Origin: Minutocellus sp. GHC0000111
Taxonomy: Eukaryota
Direction of reading: 5' to 3'
DNA: 64,000 nucleotides
Assembly: GCA_977018835.1 (NCBI GenBank)
Contig: OZ361259.1
Span: 4,216,001-4,280,000, forward strand
Part shown: positions 34,175 to 45,453 of the stretch, one piece after another
How the letters are laid out: every line of letters begins with the position of its first letter
Position numbering within the stretch: the stretch's first letter is position 1
Translations under genes and position numbers: made by a program
Notes under the pieces: model-generated
What the model was told of the DNA's origin: nothing
Database searches by the model: none
What the model saw: only the letters and a program-made list of their open reading frames with translations

Positions 34175-35578
34175 ATGAGCGATCGAATGGTTGAAATGCA
34201 GCGGGCGAAAATAGCAGGAGCGCCAGCTTCGGTGGCAAGTCAGGCGGGTGGTCCTGCGGTGACGGCCGCCGCGTCGGCCTCCCCGATGACGAACGGTGGA
34301 AGCAGCAGCGGCGGCGCCCAACCTCCGCCAGCGGTAGCAGCGGCAGCAACGGCTATGCAGCAGCAGCGGCAGCAATATTCACAGCAACCGTCGGCATCAT
34401 CCATCATGATGTCCGAAGATGAGCGGATGAAACGATTCTTCCGACTTCTGGCTTACACGTCGATGCAGCAGGGCGAAGACCCAACTACGACTGGAGTAGT
34501 GGTTTCTGTGGGTGGAAATGGTGCCGCAGCCGCCGGTAGTGACCGGGCGGCAGGAGAAGGCATACAGCAGCAAATCCGGAGTGGGTCGACCGTGCCAACT
34601 GCGCTTTGTCGCCGGATAATCCATCGACAGGGCGGAGGGTACCTCGATGAGACCGTGGCGGCCGTGGCATCCGGTGCGGCCGATCGATTCCTGGCGACCG
34701 TGCTGCAGCAGTCCTCAACGTGTCGAGACCGGAGGCTCAAGGGTGAGGAGCTGGCCAAGCGCGATCAACGGGTCCGAAAGGCCAATCGCAAACGGAGGAG
34801 GAAGGATATGGAGGGTCGACGGAAACGTAAGGCCAAGAAATGGCAGACGAGGAGGGAGAAGGCCATGGCGGCGGTGGGCGCCGAGCGAAGGGAGGCTGCG
34901 CAAAAGGCAAGCGAGAATGGCGGTGATCGCCGAGCATCTGCTCGGTCGTCGGCTCTGAATGCCCCAATTCCCAAGGTGCAGGACTTCAATGGTGACATAT
35001 CTGACAATTCAGTCGATGAAGAGGAAGAATACTACGAGGGGTACTATGGCAAGGACGGCGATCGGAATGACAGCGAAGAGGATGGTGAAAATGATGAGGA
35101 TGATGACTCCGACGATGAAGAATCCGACGAGGAGGAAGAAGATGATGAGGACGATGAGCGCCGCTTCGCTTTGCTCCTTCGCGATTTGGTCAGACCTTTG
35201 GGTGCCTGGGACATGTCCCTTGCGGGGAAGCTCGGTCTTGGAGCTGTCCCCCCCGTCCTCGATGATGACCAAGATGAGGTCGATGCCGCAGCCGAGTCTG
35301 CAAACCTCGACGAGGATGATTATTTGGATGAAGAAGATGAAGAAGAAGAGGACGATGGTGCAGCCGATGAGGAAGACGTCGATATGAAGGATGTGGATTC
35401 TGGTGGAGAGGAGGCATCGCCGCCGGTATCACCGGAAGGAAAGCAACCTGCCAAAAAGAAGGCTGGAGGCGGGGGCGGGGCGGCAGCAGCTAAACCGAAG
35501 GCCGCCAAAAAGCCATCAGCAAAGCGATCGACATCTCCAAAGCCAAAGAAGAGCGCAGCTCCATCAAAGAAGAAGTGA
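34175..35578 (+). CDS. TAF10: TAF10-like histone-fold protein with long basic/acidic insertion
   Basis: STVPTALCRRII...G...DETVAAVASGAADRFLATVLQQS and later LLLRDLVRPLGAWDMSL align with the TAF10 pattern PTIPD...D..v.rL.s.AAqkF.sdi / tLtmeDL..aL.eyG. Confidence 0.6.
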   Translation: MSDRMVEMQRAKIAGAPASVASQAGGPAVTAAASASPMTNGGSSSGGAQPPPAVAAAATAMQQQRQQYSQQPSASSIMMSEDERMKRFFRLLAYTSMQQGEDPTTTGVVVSVGGNGAAAAGSDRAAGEGIQQQIRSGSTVPTALCRRIIHRQGGGYLDETVAAVASGAADRFLATVLQQSSTCRDRRLKGEELAKRDQRVRKANRKRRRKDMEGRRKRKAKKWQTRREKAMAAVGAERREAAQKASENGGDRRASARSSALNAPIPKVQDFNGDISDNSVDEEEEYYEGYYGKDGDRNDSEEDGENDEDDDSDDEESDEEEEDDEDDERRFALLLRDLVRPLGAWDMSLAGKLGLGAVPPVLDDDQDEVDAAAESANLDEDDYLDEEDEEEEDDGAADEEDVDMKDVDSGGEEASPPVSPEGKQPAKKKAGGGGGAAAAKPKAAKKPSAKRSTSPKPKKSAAPSKKK

Positions 35579-36151
35579 GCTTCGCTCTACGAAGTTTCAT
35601 TATCTCTAGCTAGAATCTTTGTGTGGAAAAATGCTGCCAGATTGTTTTATCAATGGCTAGGATAGTCTCACTCACGTGAATCAGTTACATATATGATTTG
35701 ATTCATCAAGGGAAAAGTGTTAACAAAGCTAAGTAGGCTACTTTGCAGCCCGCCAGATTACCACCCACTAATACGTAGCTGCTAGGCAGTTGTAGCCACA
35801 CGTGTCGGAATTCCGAAATTGTTCCTGTACCTCGTTAGACTGAAAACCTGCAGGGCAAAACTCAACCGTAGTAGAATTTCTACATTCTCCTCATGTAGAT
35901 TCAAACTATCAACTATCACCCCATTCGTTCTGCCCAAAGCGGTGATCATCAGCAATGATTAGTACCGATGGACGACACGCACATAGACAACTACAATTGT
36001 ACTAGCTAGTAAACGATTGGCACCGATGGACTGAATGCCGAAAACACGCCCGCGAGATGTGCACTTCAGACACTCAGACCCTCGGCACAACAAACGGATT
36101 AGTTAGATACTAACATAACTACTGTGACTTACTACGTAAGCAAAACCTATC

Positions 36152-37039
36152 ATGTCGTCTAGCTCAGTCAATTTATTCGCATTGGTTCGGCAGGGGGAGT
36201 GGGAGGCTGCTTTGAATCGCATTTCACTGTTCCCAGATCAGGCTTCTAAGCCAACAACGATCAACTTTGCTTGCGGGACCAGTTGCCGTGCCCTTCCTAT
36301 CCATGGCGCTCTCCTTGCTGGCAGCACTGGAAAATATGTGCCACAGCATGTCTTACATGCACTTGTGTCTGCTTTTTCAGATGGTCTAAGGACTAAAGAC
36401 TCTCAAGGACGCTTGCCCTTGCTTTGGGCTGCACGCTACAATTCATCTCTACGAGTTTTGGCATATCTACTCGAAGAGTATCCTCAAGGCGCATGCGTAA
36501 CCTCAGACGATGGTGCATTGCCACTGATGCTGGCTTGCCTTCACGGGGACTCAATTGAAAAGGTTGTTTTGCTGTTAGAAGCCTACCCTGAAGCAGCTAG
36601 CAATGAAAGGAGAGACTTCTCTGGTCGCACATGCTTCGAATATGCCTGCGACAACCCCCGGCCGATTAAGGAGGAATTTATGCGCCTCATTTTAGCAAAG
36701 AGATCCCAATTATCAGTCATTGGTAATGGAATTACTTCTGTGTTGCAAGCTAGGGGTCATACCGTTGGTGGTATTGAACAACCTATGCAGATTATTTCCG
36801 AACATGAAGAAGTGAATGAAGTAGAAGCCGAGGCCGAAACTGTCAAACCAGGTACGAAAATTTGCTGCATCTGCATGGAGCGGGCGGTCTCCAGAGTTTT
36901 GGTACCTTGTGGCCACACCATTCTTTGTTCTGGCTGCGGTAGCCGGCAGGGGTTGAAACGCATTGACCATAAATGCCCCGAATGTCGGTCTTCTGTCGAA
37001 CAAGCCGTCAAAATCTTTGCAAGGGTTGCCGACGATTAA
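36152..37039 (+). CDS. Ankyrin-repeat + C3HC4 RING finger protein (putative E3 ligase)
   Basis: GRLPLLWAA and GALPLMLAC ankyrin-like repeats; CCICMER...LVPCGHTILCSGC...CPECR. Confidence 0.9.
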   Translation: MSSSSVNLFALVRQGEWEAALNRISLFPDQASKPTTINFACGTSCRALPIHGALLAGSTGKYVPQHVLHALVSAFSDGLRTKDSQGRLPLLWAARYNSSLRVLAYLLEEYPQGACVTSDDGALPLMLACLHGDSIEKVVLLLEAYPEAASNERRDFSGRTCFEYACDNPRPIKEEFMRLILAKRSQLSVIGNGITSVLQARGHTVGGIEQPMQIISEHEEVNEVEAEAETVKPGTKICCICMERAVSRVLVPCGHTILCSGCGSRQGLKRIDHKCPECRSSVEQAVKIFARVADD

Positions 37040-37155
37040 ACGTTCAAAAAGCCAGTCATGCCATAGCACTAAACATAATGTAAATTCGAGAACAAAAATT
37101 AACAAGCATTTACAGTATTGTGACTCTACGTTTACTTCGCTCATTTCACAGTATT

Positions 37156-38544
37156 TCAATGCAACTCACTCGTCGGCGCCGATCCTAGACCACGGCTGGA
37201 CCCTTTGAGGTCAGAGTTGCTACCCTTCTTCCACTCCAAACTCGGTTGAATTTCAAGCCTTCCTGAAGGCCAACACCCGATGTATTGGAGAGTTCGCTCG
37301 GCATTCTTTTGAGTATCGATGGGAGTGGGTGGATATCTATTGATGTCCACGAGGCACCAATCTCTCGATGCCAATTTGTCCGGTATGGCCGAGCCATGTC
37401 CTCCAATCCAGTTCAGAACGTCTCGAAGGACGTCGTCGCCGTCAAAGCGGCGGCGGACAATCTCCTCACCCAGGGTCAGTTGTATGAGGGCCCCAGCACC
37501 CCCTGCTGGTTCAGAGACTACCTTGGCCATAAAAGCCGCCCTGCGAATTGCCTCAGATTCGGAATTGTCGCCTCCGCGCCGGATTTGGTCGAGCTCTCGA
37601 ATGAATCGGGCCTTTGCCTTTTTTTCTTTGTATTCAGAGGACTCTCTCGCCTTCTCCAATGCACTGATGCCAAGATACAGCAGCGCATCGTCTACCATCG
37701 GCCTGTCCAATCGCAACTCATTAGGACCGTGGGGACGGAAATTCATCTCCAGCAGCATATCCTCGGCCCCGGGCTTGTCCTTGAGTGTCTTGATGTACCC
37801 AGCAGTCGTTTTATCCACCTTCCGAAAACGCTCGTTGTTTGGATCGTCCCTTACCGCCTTCAGTGCTACCAACAGTGTATCAACGGCAAACGGATATGGT
37901 TTCAGCCTGTCGGCGCACCTCATCAGCTGTTCCTCTTTCGTCTTGTCCGCCATCCGCTTGGGAACTTTCACATCTGGATGGTGCGTGGTCAGCCCACCAG
38001 ACTTCATGCGAACTCCACCACCCTTGGGCGCTGGGATACTGCCAAAGTTGGGAGGAGCTGTGTTGGATCGTCGTACTGGGTCAGTCCGGCCGTTTCCTTT
38101 GTTGATTCCTTTCTTGTTCTTATTGTTCTTGTCCTCGAATCTCGCGAGGGCGGCCCTTCCTGCATTGGCCATTGCCGCCGTACGACTGGCAGCAGCATTG
38201 CCCATCGACTCCTCCTGGGCTGCTCTCAGTCGTCTCTCCTCTTCGGCTGCGCGCGATTCCTCAATGGCCCGACGGACTGCATCGTCGTCGTCGACATCAA
38301 TCGGAGCGGCGGCCGATCCAAGGACTGGAGCCGCCGGTGCGGGTGCAGCAGAAGTGCCACCACCAGCCAGGAGAAGCTCGGCTGCACGTTCCACATTGCC
38401 GTCGGTGGCGTTGAGGGCGTTTCTCGCTTGATCGGCCGGGAATCCCATGCTAACCAACCGTCTCTCAGCCTCGCTGGTGATGCCAAGGGCGGCGCTGGCC
38501 GCATCGGCGGCGGACGATACCTGATCTCGTAGTCTGCGGAACAT
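37156..38544 (-). CDS. UBA-(UIM)-PUB-UBX domain protein (CDC48/p97 adaptor)
   Basis: UBA LVSMGFPADQARNALNATDGNVERAAELLL; PUB DPNNERFRKV...MLLEMNF; UBX RRRFDGDDVL...YPP...TLQYIGCWPSG. Confidence 0.87.
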   Translation of the reverse strand: MFRRLRDQVSSAADAASAALGITSEAERRLVSMGFPADQARNALNATDGNVERAAELLLAGGGTSAAPAPAAPVLGSAAAPIDVDDDDAVRRAIEESRAAEEERRLRAAQEESMGNAAASRTAAMANAGRAALARFEDKNNKNKKGINKGNGRTDPVRRSNTAPPNFGSIPAPKGGGVRMKSGGLTTHHPDVKVPKRMADKTKEEQLMRCADRLKPYPFAVDTLLVALKAVRDDPNNERFRKVDKTTAGYIKTLKDKPGAEDMLLEMNFRPHGPNELRLDRPMVDDALLYLGISALEKARESSEYKEKKAKARFIRELDQIRRGGDNSESEAIRRAAFMAKVVSEPAGGAGALIQLTLGEEIVRRRFDGDDVLRDVLNWIGGHGSAIPDKLASRDWCLVDINRYPPTPIDTQKNAERTLQYIGCWPSGRLEIQPSLEWKKGSNSDLKGSSRGLGSAPTSELH

Positions 38545-38849
38545 CGTTGTGTATCTCTCTTGCTCTTTGGTGATTTTGTACAGGCGCCTGGGGTGATCGA
38601 GGCGAGATCGAGAGTGAAACGATGGAAAATGACCTGGGCATGGGCGGGGGCTTGGCCTTTTGCTGGAACGGCCAGGAAGCGTCTGGAAGCTTGCGTCACG
38701 AGTGACCCATGAGAAACACTTCTGAGCGATTGCACACGCACCATCGGACGGACCCCCATGCCGATGCCATGAGCGGAGCTGACATTTTAGACACTCCTTT
38801 CCAATACCGGTACTCTTTCTATCCACACCATCTCTAAATGTTACAAAAA

Positions 38850-40676
38850 TTATCTATCCGGCAACTCTGCCTTGGTCTCTGGTGTTTCACCGGAGACGGT
38901 AGCATTTCCACCTCCGGCAAGTCCGTACAGCCAATCTCCACTTACATGTACAAACTGGCTTGCCGGGACAGTTCCGGGAAGGGTGGTAGGAGCCGATGAC
39001 GGCAAAGGACCTGACTCGATCTGCAAACATAATCCCTTGAACCCAATCCCACTGCTAGTCTTTGCTCCGCCGACCGGTCCGGTACCAACCAAAGCCGATG
39101 CTGTTATTCTCGGGTGAGCCCACCGCTTCAACATTATACCGACTGTCATCCCTCCTTTGGAATCGGCGTTGATCTTGTAACACAACCCTCTGTTCATTTG
39201 GTAAGAAACGCCTGCAGTCAAAGATGTTTCGGTAGCAGTACCTGTACTGTTCCCACTGTTGGCTACTCCTTCTGATCCTGATAAAGGCCCGTATCCATCT
39301 CTGCTGGATACCGATCTCTTTAATCGAACTGCCCATGAAACAGTGTTGCGAATCTTGGGACAACGTTGTTCAAGCGGATTGGTAACGTAACGATCAAACG
39401 TAAATGTCTGCGAAATAGTTGCTGCAGCCTCACTACTGCGGCCTCCCTTCAGCTGATGCAGAGTCACCATGATCGGTGGTCCTTGCTGCACTTCATCTTG
39501 CGAGTAAGGATTGTATTCTCCAACACCACCTCCGACTTGGTTGAGATCAAAAGAGACATATCCGCTCATTTGAGGCTTACATGTAGATGAGACAACCGAC
39601 TTGATAATGGCCTGCGGGTCAAATTGAGACGATGCGGACTTGTTCAAATTGTTGGCCAGTACATGTGAATTTATGGGCAAAGAAACCTGGACGGCACCCT
39701 CGAGTCCATTGGAGGGTGATGATACTGTCACATGAGACGATGCTCCCTTTGCCTTGACGCCTTCTCCTGAAATGTTTGGTGCAAACGTTAGAGCTGACCC
39801 AATGCTCACAAGTGCACGATTCTTTGAATGGCTGCTGCTCTGACTTGGTTTCTTGTTATCAAAGGGATCGTTTTTGTAGTATTCGTCTCCAGGCCAACTC
39901 TCTGAAGATTTCTTGCTGTTGTCAAAAAGTACCAACTGCCGAGAATAAGACCAACCAATCTTCCCCGTTGTCGACTGATTCGACGATCCCAAAGCTTGAG
40001 ATTGAGATGGTGGAGCTGAAGCATCTCCAATTCTATCACTGCCGCTACCACCGACGTTGCCAGCCCCAGTTTCTGAACCAGCAAGGTAGGCATAGGTCGA
40101 GAGCTGCCCGCCATTCCTTCCATCGTAACTATCAAACGACTTGGAGACAAAGCCTCCAAAATGCCCAGCAAGGTCGGCTGAGGACGAGGACGTCGTTGAC
40201 ACCGATCCTCCGAATCCTGACAGTATTGCCGACGAATACGAGGGTAGAAGGACTGCACCCGATAGAAAGCCAGTGCCCGCGTCGTTGGCCCAACCGGCCG
40301 TTGCATTGGCAAGGCCCGACGGTGAACCCGCCGAAACGAAGAGACCGCTCGTCAGATGCTCAGATGAGAGGAGCCGGTAGGCGCTCGACCGTGCAAGAAG
40401 TGCCGAAATTACATCAGCGTCGGCATTTCCAAGGCCCAACACATGCGAACTGACCGCCAGATGCGGTGCCGAGCAGGACACACCGAGTTGTGACGGTGAC
40501 GAGACCGAGGAAGCCGAGGCAGTGGGTGGAGGGGAGGCGTCCGTTGCCGTCCCAAACGAGGGCGGTATCAGCACTCCCTTCCGCAGAAGGACGTCACGGT
40601 TCTCTCGTTCGCGTCTCTCTCGCTCCCTTCGTGCTCTTTCCTCCGCCGTTGCGGGCCGCGATGACGTTGATCCCAT
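38850..40676 (-). CDS. Putative beta-barrel protein resembling plant mitochondrial OM47
   Basis: Start MGSTSSRP at 40676. VLIPPSF, QTFTFDRYVTNPLE, LTAGVSYQMNRGLCYK and LKRWAHPRIT parallel recalled OM47 motifs VLVPPLF, QRRVKNPLE, AASWQANKN and FKSWWKP. Confidence 0.6.
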   Translation of the reverse strand: MGSTSSRPATAEERARRERERRERENRDVLLRKGVLIPPSFGTATDASPPPTASASSVSSPSQLGVSCSAPHLAVSSHVLGLGNADADVISALLARSSAYRLLSSEHLTSGLFVSAGSPSGLANATAGWANDAGTGFLSGAVLLPSYSSAILSGFGGSVSTTSSSSADLAGHFGGFVSKSFDSYDGRNGGQLSTYAYLAGSETGAGNVGGSGSDRIGDASAPPSQSQALGSSNQSTTGKIGWSYSRQLVLFDNSKKSSESWPGDEYYKNDPFDNKKPSQSSSHSKNRALVSIGSALTFAPNISGEGVKAKGASSHVTVSSPSNGLEGAVQVSLPINSHVLANNLNKSASSQFDPQAIIKSVVSSTCKPQMSGYVSFDLNQVGGGVGEYNPYSQDEVQQGPPIMVTLHQLKGGRSSEAAATISQTFTFDRYVTNPLEQRCPKIRNTVSWAVRLKRSVSSRDGYGPLSGSEGVANSGNSTGTATETSLTAGVSYQMNRGLCYKINADSKGGMTVGIMLKRWAHPRITASALVGTGPVGGAKTSSGIGFKGLCLQIESGPLPSSAPTTLPGTVPASQFVHVSGDWLYGLAGGGNATVSGETPETKAELPDR

Positions 40677-40921
40677 GGGTGCGATGCGCTGCGATTGCCG
40701 CAATCGAAAAAAAATGATCTTGCTGGGAAAAACATGCCATTTGACGTCAAATAGAAAGCACAAGTCCGGCCAGCCTTCGCATTCGAACCAGTGCCAAACG
40801 GCCAAGCAAACCAATGCAAGCAAACGCCAAGCACGCACGTGGGTGAAGATATAATACCTCCTTTTATCCAATAAGTGCCAAGGGATATCCTCGGCATTCA
40901 TCTCACCGCTCCTCTCACATC

Positions 40922-42697
40922 ATGACCGGTCCCAAGTCTGCCGTCGGCTTGCTCCTTCTCCTTGCGGTGCTCATCGCCCACCCTTCACATGCCACCGCCG
41001 ATGCCTCCACAGATGCCGGTGTTGACGCTGCTGCTGCTGCCGCAGAGCCAACCTGCTCAGCTCAGGAGGGAGATGGGATTGATCCCAATCTACAGCGCCT
41101 CACTTTTGACATTGGTTACGGCGAAGAAACCTTTGACTTCTATATCAGACCAGACGTCGCTACCTTCTATCAAGAGGAACCAGGAAGTCGGACTCCAATG
41201 ACGCCCAAGCATGTTGGCTTCGCCGGGAAGTGGGTCAACATGTCCCCGGAAAGGTTGCTGCTGTTTTGGGATCCTGGGAATGGCCAGGCGGGATCTCTGA
41301 TTGGTGCTGCTGGTCCTTTCCAATCCGCAGGGACGGCCACATTTCCCAATCACAAGTTTTATTTCGCCAAACCGAACGACCCTCACAACAACATCGTTGC
41401 TCGCTTTGTGGCAAAGCCGGGTCACTGCGTCATGTATTATGATCCCTTTGATGTGCCAGGCGATGAGGAGGCGACGCAACGAAACCTCCAAAGCCTAACC
41501 TTGGAGCAGTATGAACGATATGAGGCACAGAAGCGCACTCGGCTCTTCAATGAGAAGTACCGCGAGGTTACTGGTCGGGACTACCTGGCCATCTATCCTC
41601 GAGCAAAGCCTCGATACTTTCATTGGCCTGCCGAATACTTTGGTCAGGAGCACTGGGTGACGAGCAAAGAGACGCACTTTGCCACACTGCCGCCTGAGGA
41701 CAAGCTGGGTAAGATTACAACCTGGGGCAAAGACCGCGTCATTGGCGATGATGAGCCACGATTGCTTCAGGAACATCGGGTGGAGGAGCCAGTTCTGAAC
41801 TTGACTCTCAAGGTATTGAGTTGCGCTCCACGAGTATTGCAGATCGACAACTTCCTCTCTGATGTAGAGGTGGACCACATCCTTGAGCTGGCTGGTGGAA
41901 TGAGCCTAGGGGAGAGTACAACGGGCCAGGGAGGTGGGGTCACTGCAGACAACAGAAAGACGCGGACCAGTATCAATACTTGGGTAAATCGAGAAACGAC
42001 GCCCATCATTGACTCGATCTACCGCCGCGCAGCAGACCTCATGCGATTCGATGAGGCACTGGTTCGACGACGTGATAAGGACGAGCTCAGTGATCTTGTG
42101 CCAGAAACCACATCGACCATCGCTGAGCCTCTTCAGCTAGTACACTACGGCGTCGGTCAAGAGTATACTGCGCACCATGGTGAGTATTGTCTCGCTTTCG
42201 GATAGTCTATATCGTTCCTTTGAATTACTTACACTTGCCTGTTAATTTTTATCCCTCTCCTATACCTGGTAGATTATGGGTATACCAATTCAAACGACGT
42301 GCTCCAGCCCCAGCGATTTGCCACGTTGCTGCTTTATCTCAATGAACCAGAGGCTGGAGGCGAGACCACTTTTCCTCGATGGATCAATGCTGAAACTCAT
42401 GAGGCCTTGAAGGCCAAACCCCGGCGCGGAAAGGCCGTTCTCTTTTATTCTTTTCTTCCTGATGGAAATATGGATGACTTGTCGCAGCACAGCGCTGCTC
42501 CAGTGATCAACGGTGAAAAATGGATGATTAACCTTTGGGGTAAGCATTTATATTTCCGTCTTTCAAGCTTCATCATTTACTGCTAGTACATGAATTGCTC
42601 TTTTTAAAATTGATAACTCACCCAATTGCATTGTCTTTCTTGTTCTCAATTACCGAAACGCAAAATAATTTCAGTGAGAGATCCGATCCATTCCTAA
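40922..42697 (+). CDS. Prolyl 4-hydroxylase (2OG-Fe(II) oxygenase); exons 40922-42179, 42273-42539, 42675-42697
   Basis: Signal peptide; LSCAPRVLQIDNFLSDVEVDH, RTSINTW, EPLQLVHY...YTAHH|D, RFATLLLYLN...GGETTFP, QHSAAPV...KWMINLW; GT-AG introns restore the frame. Confidence 0.92.
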
Positions 42698-42864
42698 TTT
42701 CGTAGCAAGTAAGATTAATTGGTGGTGCTTTCATCCACAGATCTGATTTGCTGCTACCTAGATACTTGAATTGACTGAATTATTATGGTAAAATAGCCGA
42801 TAAAATGCTCCTAGTAGAAACATAAAAGGTCTTATTTTCTACTATTTACTTTATATTCTGTTGG

Positions 42865-45453
42865 CTACTGGTCCTCATAACTCGAATCAGAGTCATCAGC
42901 TTTTGAGTCATCCTCATCACTATCAGTTTCGCTTTCACTATTATATCCATAATCTGACGGTGTCTCGTGAAACTCTTCTGCTTCAGCTATTAACTGCCGC
43001 TCCATTTCTTTCGTGAAAGCTGGCACAGCCCGAGTGCAACTTAGCCGAATCAATCGTTCGATGAGGTTGTGAATCTTGATCATCAAGCTCTCTATGTCGA
43101 TTCCCTCCGTCGGATCATACCGTTTCACTGTAGGGCTATCAACAGATTCAGCCGCCATCTCTCTATTTTTCGTGATAGTGTCCAAGATTCTTTCGCCTCT
43201 GATCCGAAACATGCGCGACATGTGCAGTGCGCGGTCTCGGAGGTCTGGATCAATGAACTTTCCCTGCCCACCTTCGCCGTAAAGATTTTCAGGAATTAGC
43301 TTTGTCAAAAAGAAATCAACGCAGCTCTCCAAGCTCTCAGGAGGATAAATGAAGACTTCCAAAACAAATTCCCGCTGGTGTTGGGCCGCACGGCGAAGCA
43401 CAGCCTTCTGCTCTTTCTGTGTCTTGATGCTGTAACCCTCCCTGGGAAAGATTCGATAAGAAGGGGAGGAAGTTGATTGTTAGGGCTACATGTAAGGTGG
43501 GATTGTGAATGAGCATTGCTCGTTCCACTCAATCCTCCCTTCTTATTGTGAATGAGTATTGCTCATTCCACTCAATCCTCCCTTCTTCTTCTTCTTCTTT
43601 TCTCACCTAATACGAACGTCCTCGTATTTTTCGCCATAGTGTACGAAAAGTTCCTTTTCGGTTTTGCCATCCGCCTGAAGAGCAAATTCTTTGGCGTCCT
43701 TGACGTGCGCCGACCAATTACCATTGTAGCGGAGACCCATCATATAATGGACATTGCCCTCAGGGTCGTTTTCAGCATGAATAGTATCTGTACCCATAGT
43801 TTCGTTGACATACATGGGGAGATGATGACGGGCTGTCTCATGGGGCTCCCCGGTTTTATCGTCTGATATGTCGAATAAATAGCCGTCTTCGGGACTATCG
43901 AAACTGTACTGCTCGGTACGCATTGAGAAGGCATATGTCTTGCAGTTGAAGACATGGCTGTGTTTTTTATCATTGGCGGTCAACGGGCTATACACGCCAA
44001 TATCCTGATTTGTGTGTGTTCAGAGGGGAGGGAGGAAGGGGAGGTTGTCAAACAACAAATACGGTGCAATGTAAAATCAATAAATCGTATGCCGTACCAG
44101 TACAACATCCTTGCGCAGTGAACTTACCAGTAGCTCTCCAGCCATCAGCTCAAAAGTTTCCGGGCCTGCATTGCGAAAAGACGTACATTTGACAAAGACG
44201 CCCAGGCCGGCACCAGATATCGTAGACTCCTTCACGGAGAAGACTAGCTTGAAACCTCTCACCGTGAGGATGACTTCGGGCACTTGCCTTCCCTTGTATT
44301 CGACTAGTTTGTGGTGTCTAGTGTCGGGAACGATGACTGTTACGCATGGTTTATCTCTGGTTAGATTGCGAATGACGCTATCGGGACCTCGGCGAAGCAG
44401 CATCTTCCTCTCAAAGCAAGCCGCGCCGCCCCATGCCGCGTCTTCCCTGATCTTCTGGGTTTCTGGAATGCTCGGAGGTGATCCAAACACCGATTTCTTG
44501 GACATTTGTAGGAGAGCCTTTCGAGATGCCTCACTATACCTCACTTCGAATAAGTCGATATCCACCCTCTTCACAATCGTCCCATAGATAATTTTGTTTT
44601 CTCCGTAGACATCTGTCCACTCAAACGCATACCCCTTTCCCACAAGAAAGTGGATCGAGCTTGTGATTGGCGCATCTGGAGCTCCACATACTTTTGCATC
44701 TGTTTGTGCCCCTGGACGATTAGCCAATTGTACTTCCATTGGGATTGCAATGGCAGTTGCAGCTGCATTCGATTCCAAGTCCTGCCTTTGCTTCTTTGCT
44801 GGTGGGCTTCCAGTGAAATTGCTCTGAAGAATGGCGGCAGTAACACTCATAGCAGCAGGAGACGATGCCGATGCTGCAGCAGCCACCTTGCCATTCCCTT
44901 CGGCCGTCGGCTTCTTTCCCTTGGCCTCGTCCAAAAGTCTCTCTAGCCGTCGTCGCTGTGGCTTCGGATAAGGCGGATACCGCTCCTCCCCCTCGCGATT
45001 CTCACTTATATATTCCTTTTCCGTGATCATGTGCTCTGATTCCAAGTCCTCCAGGTCATCACCATCTTCAAAGAGCACCCTGAAGCGCAAATTTTTCTCT
45101 CTGTAACTACCTCGAACTCGAACAATGTTCGCCCAGTACCACTGACCGTTGAGATAGCGGGCATAGACTCTCGCGCCCACTATCCTCTTAACTGATACAG
45201 TCCAGGTTGGTGGAAGTGCACCGCCGCCGCCATCGGCAGGGGTGCTGTAGTTTTCGTCGCTGCTGCTATCGCTGCTGTCGCTGCTGAAGTCGGGCGGAGC
45301 ATTATTGCCCTCTGCTTGCTTGATCATATCACTGTCGCTGGTGCCGCCAGCAGAGGGTCCGGCATTTTCCCGCGCGGTGTCTGCCTCCTCAGCTTTGGAC
45401 TCTCGCGTGAGGCGAACAATGGACTCGCGCTCGGTCTCCGGCACATCTATCAA
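42865..45453 (-). CDS. Tudor-like + divergent SET-domain protein; exons 45453-44128, 44004-43607, 43441-42865; 5' end missing at transposon
   Basis: Tudor-like ARVYARYLNGQWYWANI...VLFEDGD; SET-like FSVKESTISGAGLGVF...MYVNE...ELFVHYG; GT-AG introns keep the frame; no ATG before the TE border. Confidence 0.72.
43502..43587. repeat. 2 x 43-bp intronic tandem duplication, each unit with a small hairpin
   Basis: attgtgaatgag(c/t)attgctc(g/a)ttccactcaatcctcccttctt x2; GAATGAG-N5-CTCATTC stem in the second copy. Confidence 0.9.
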
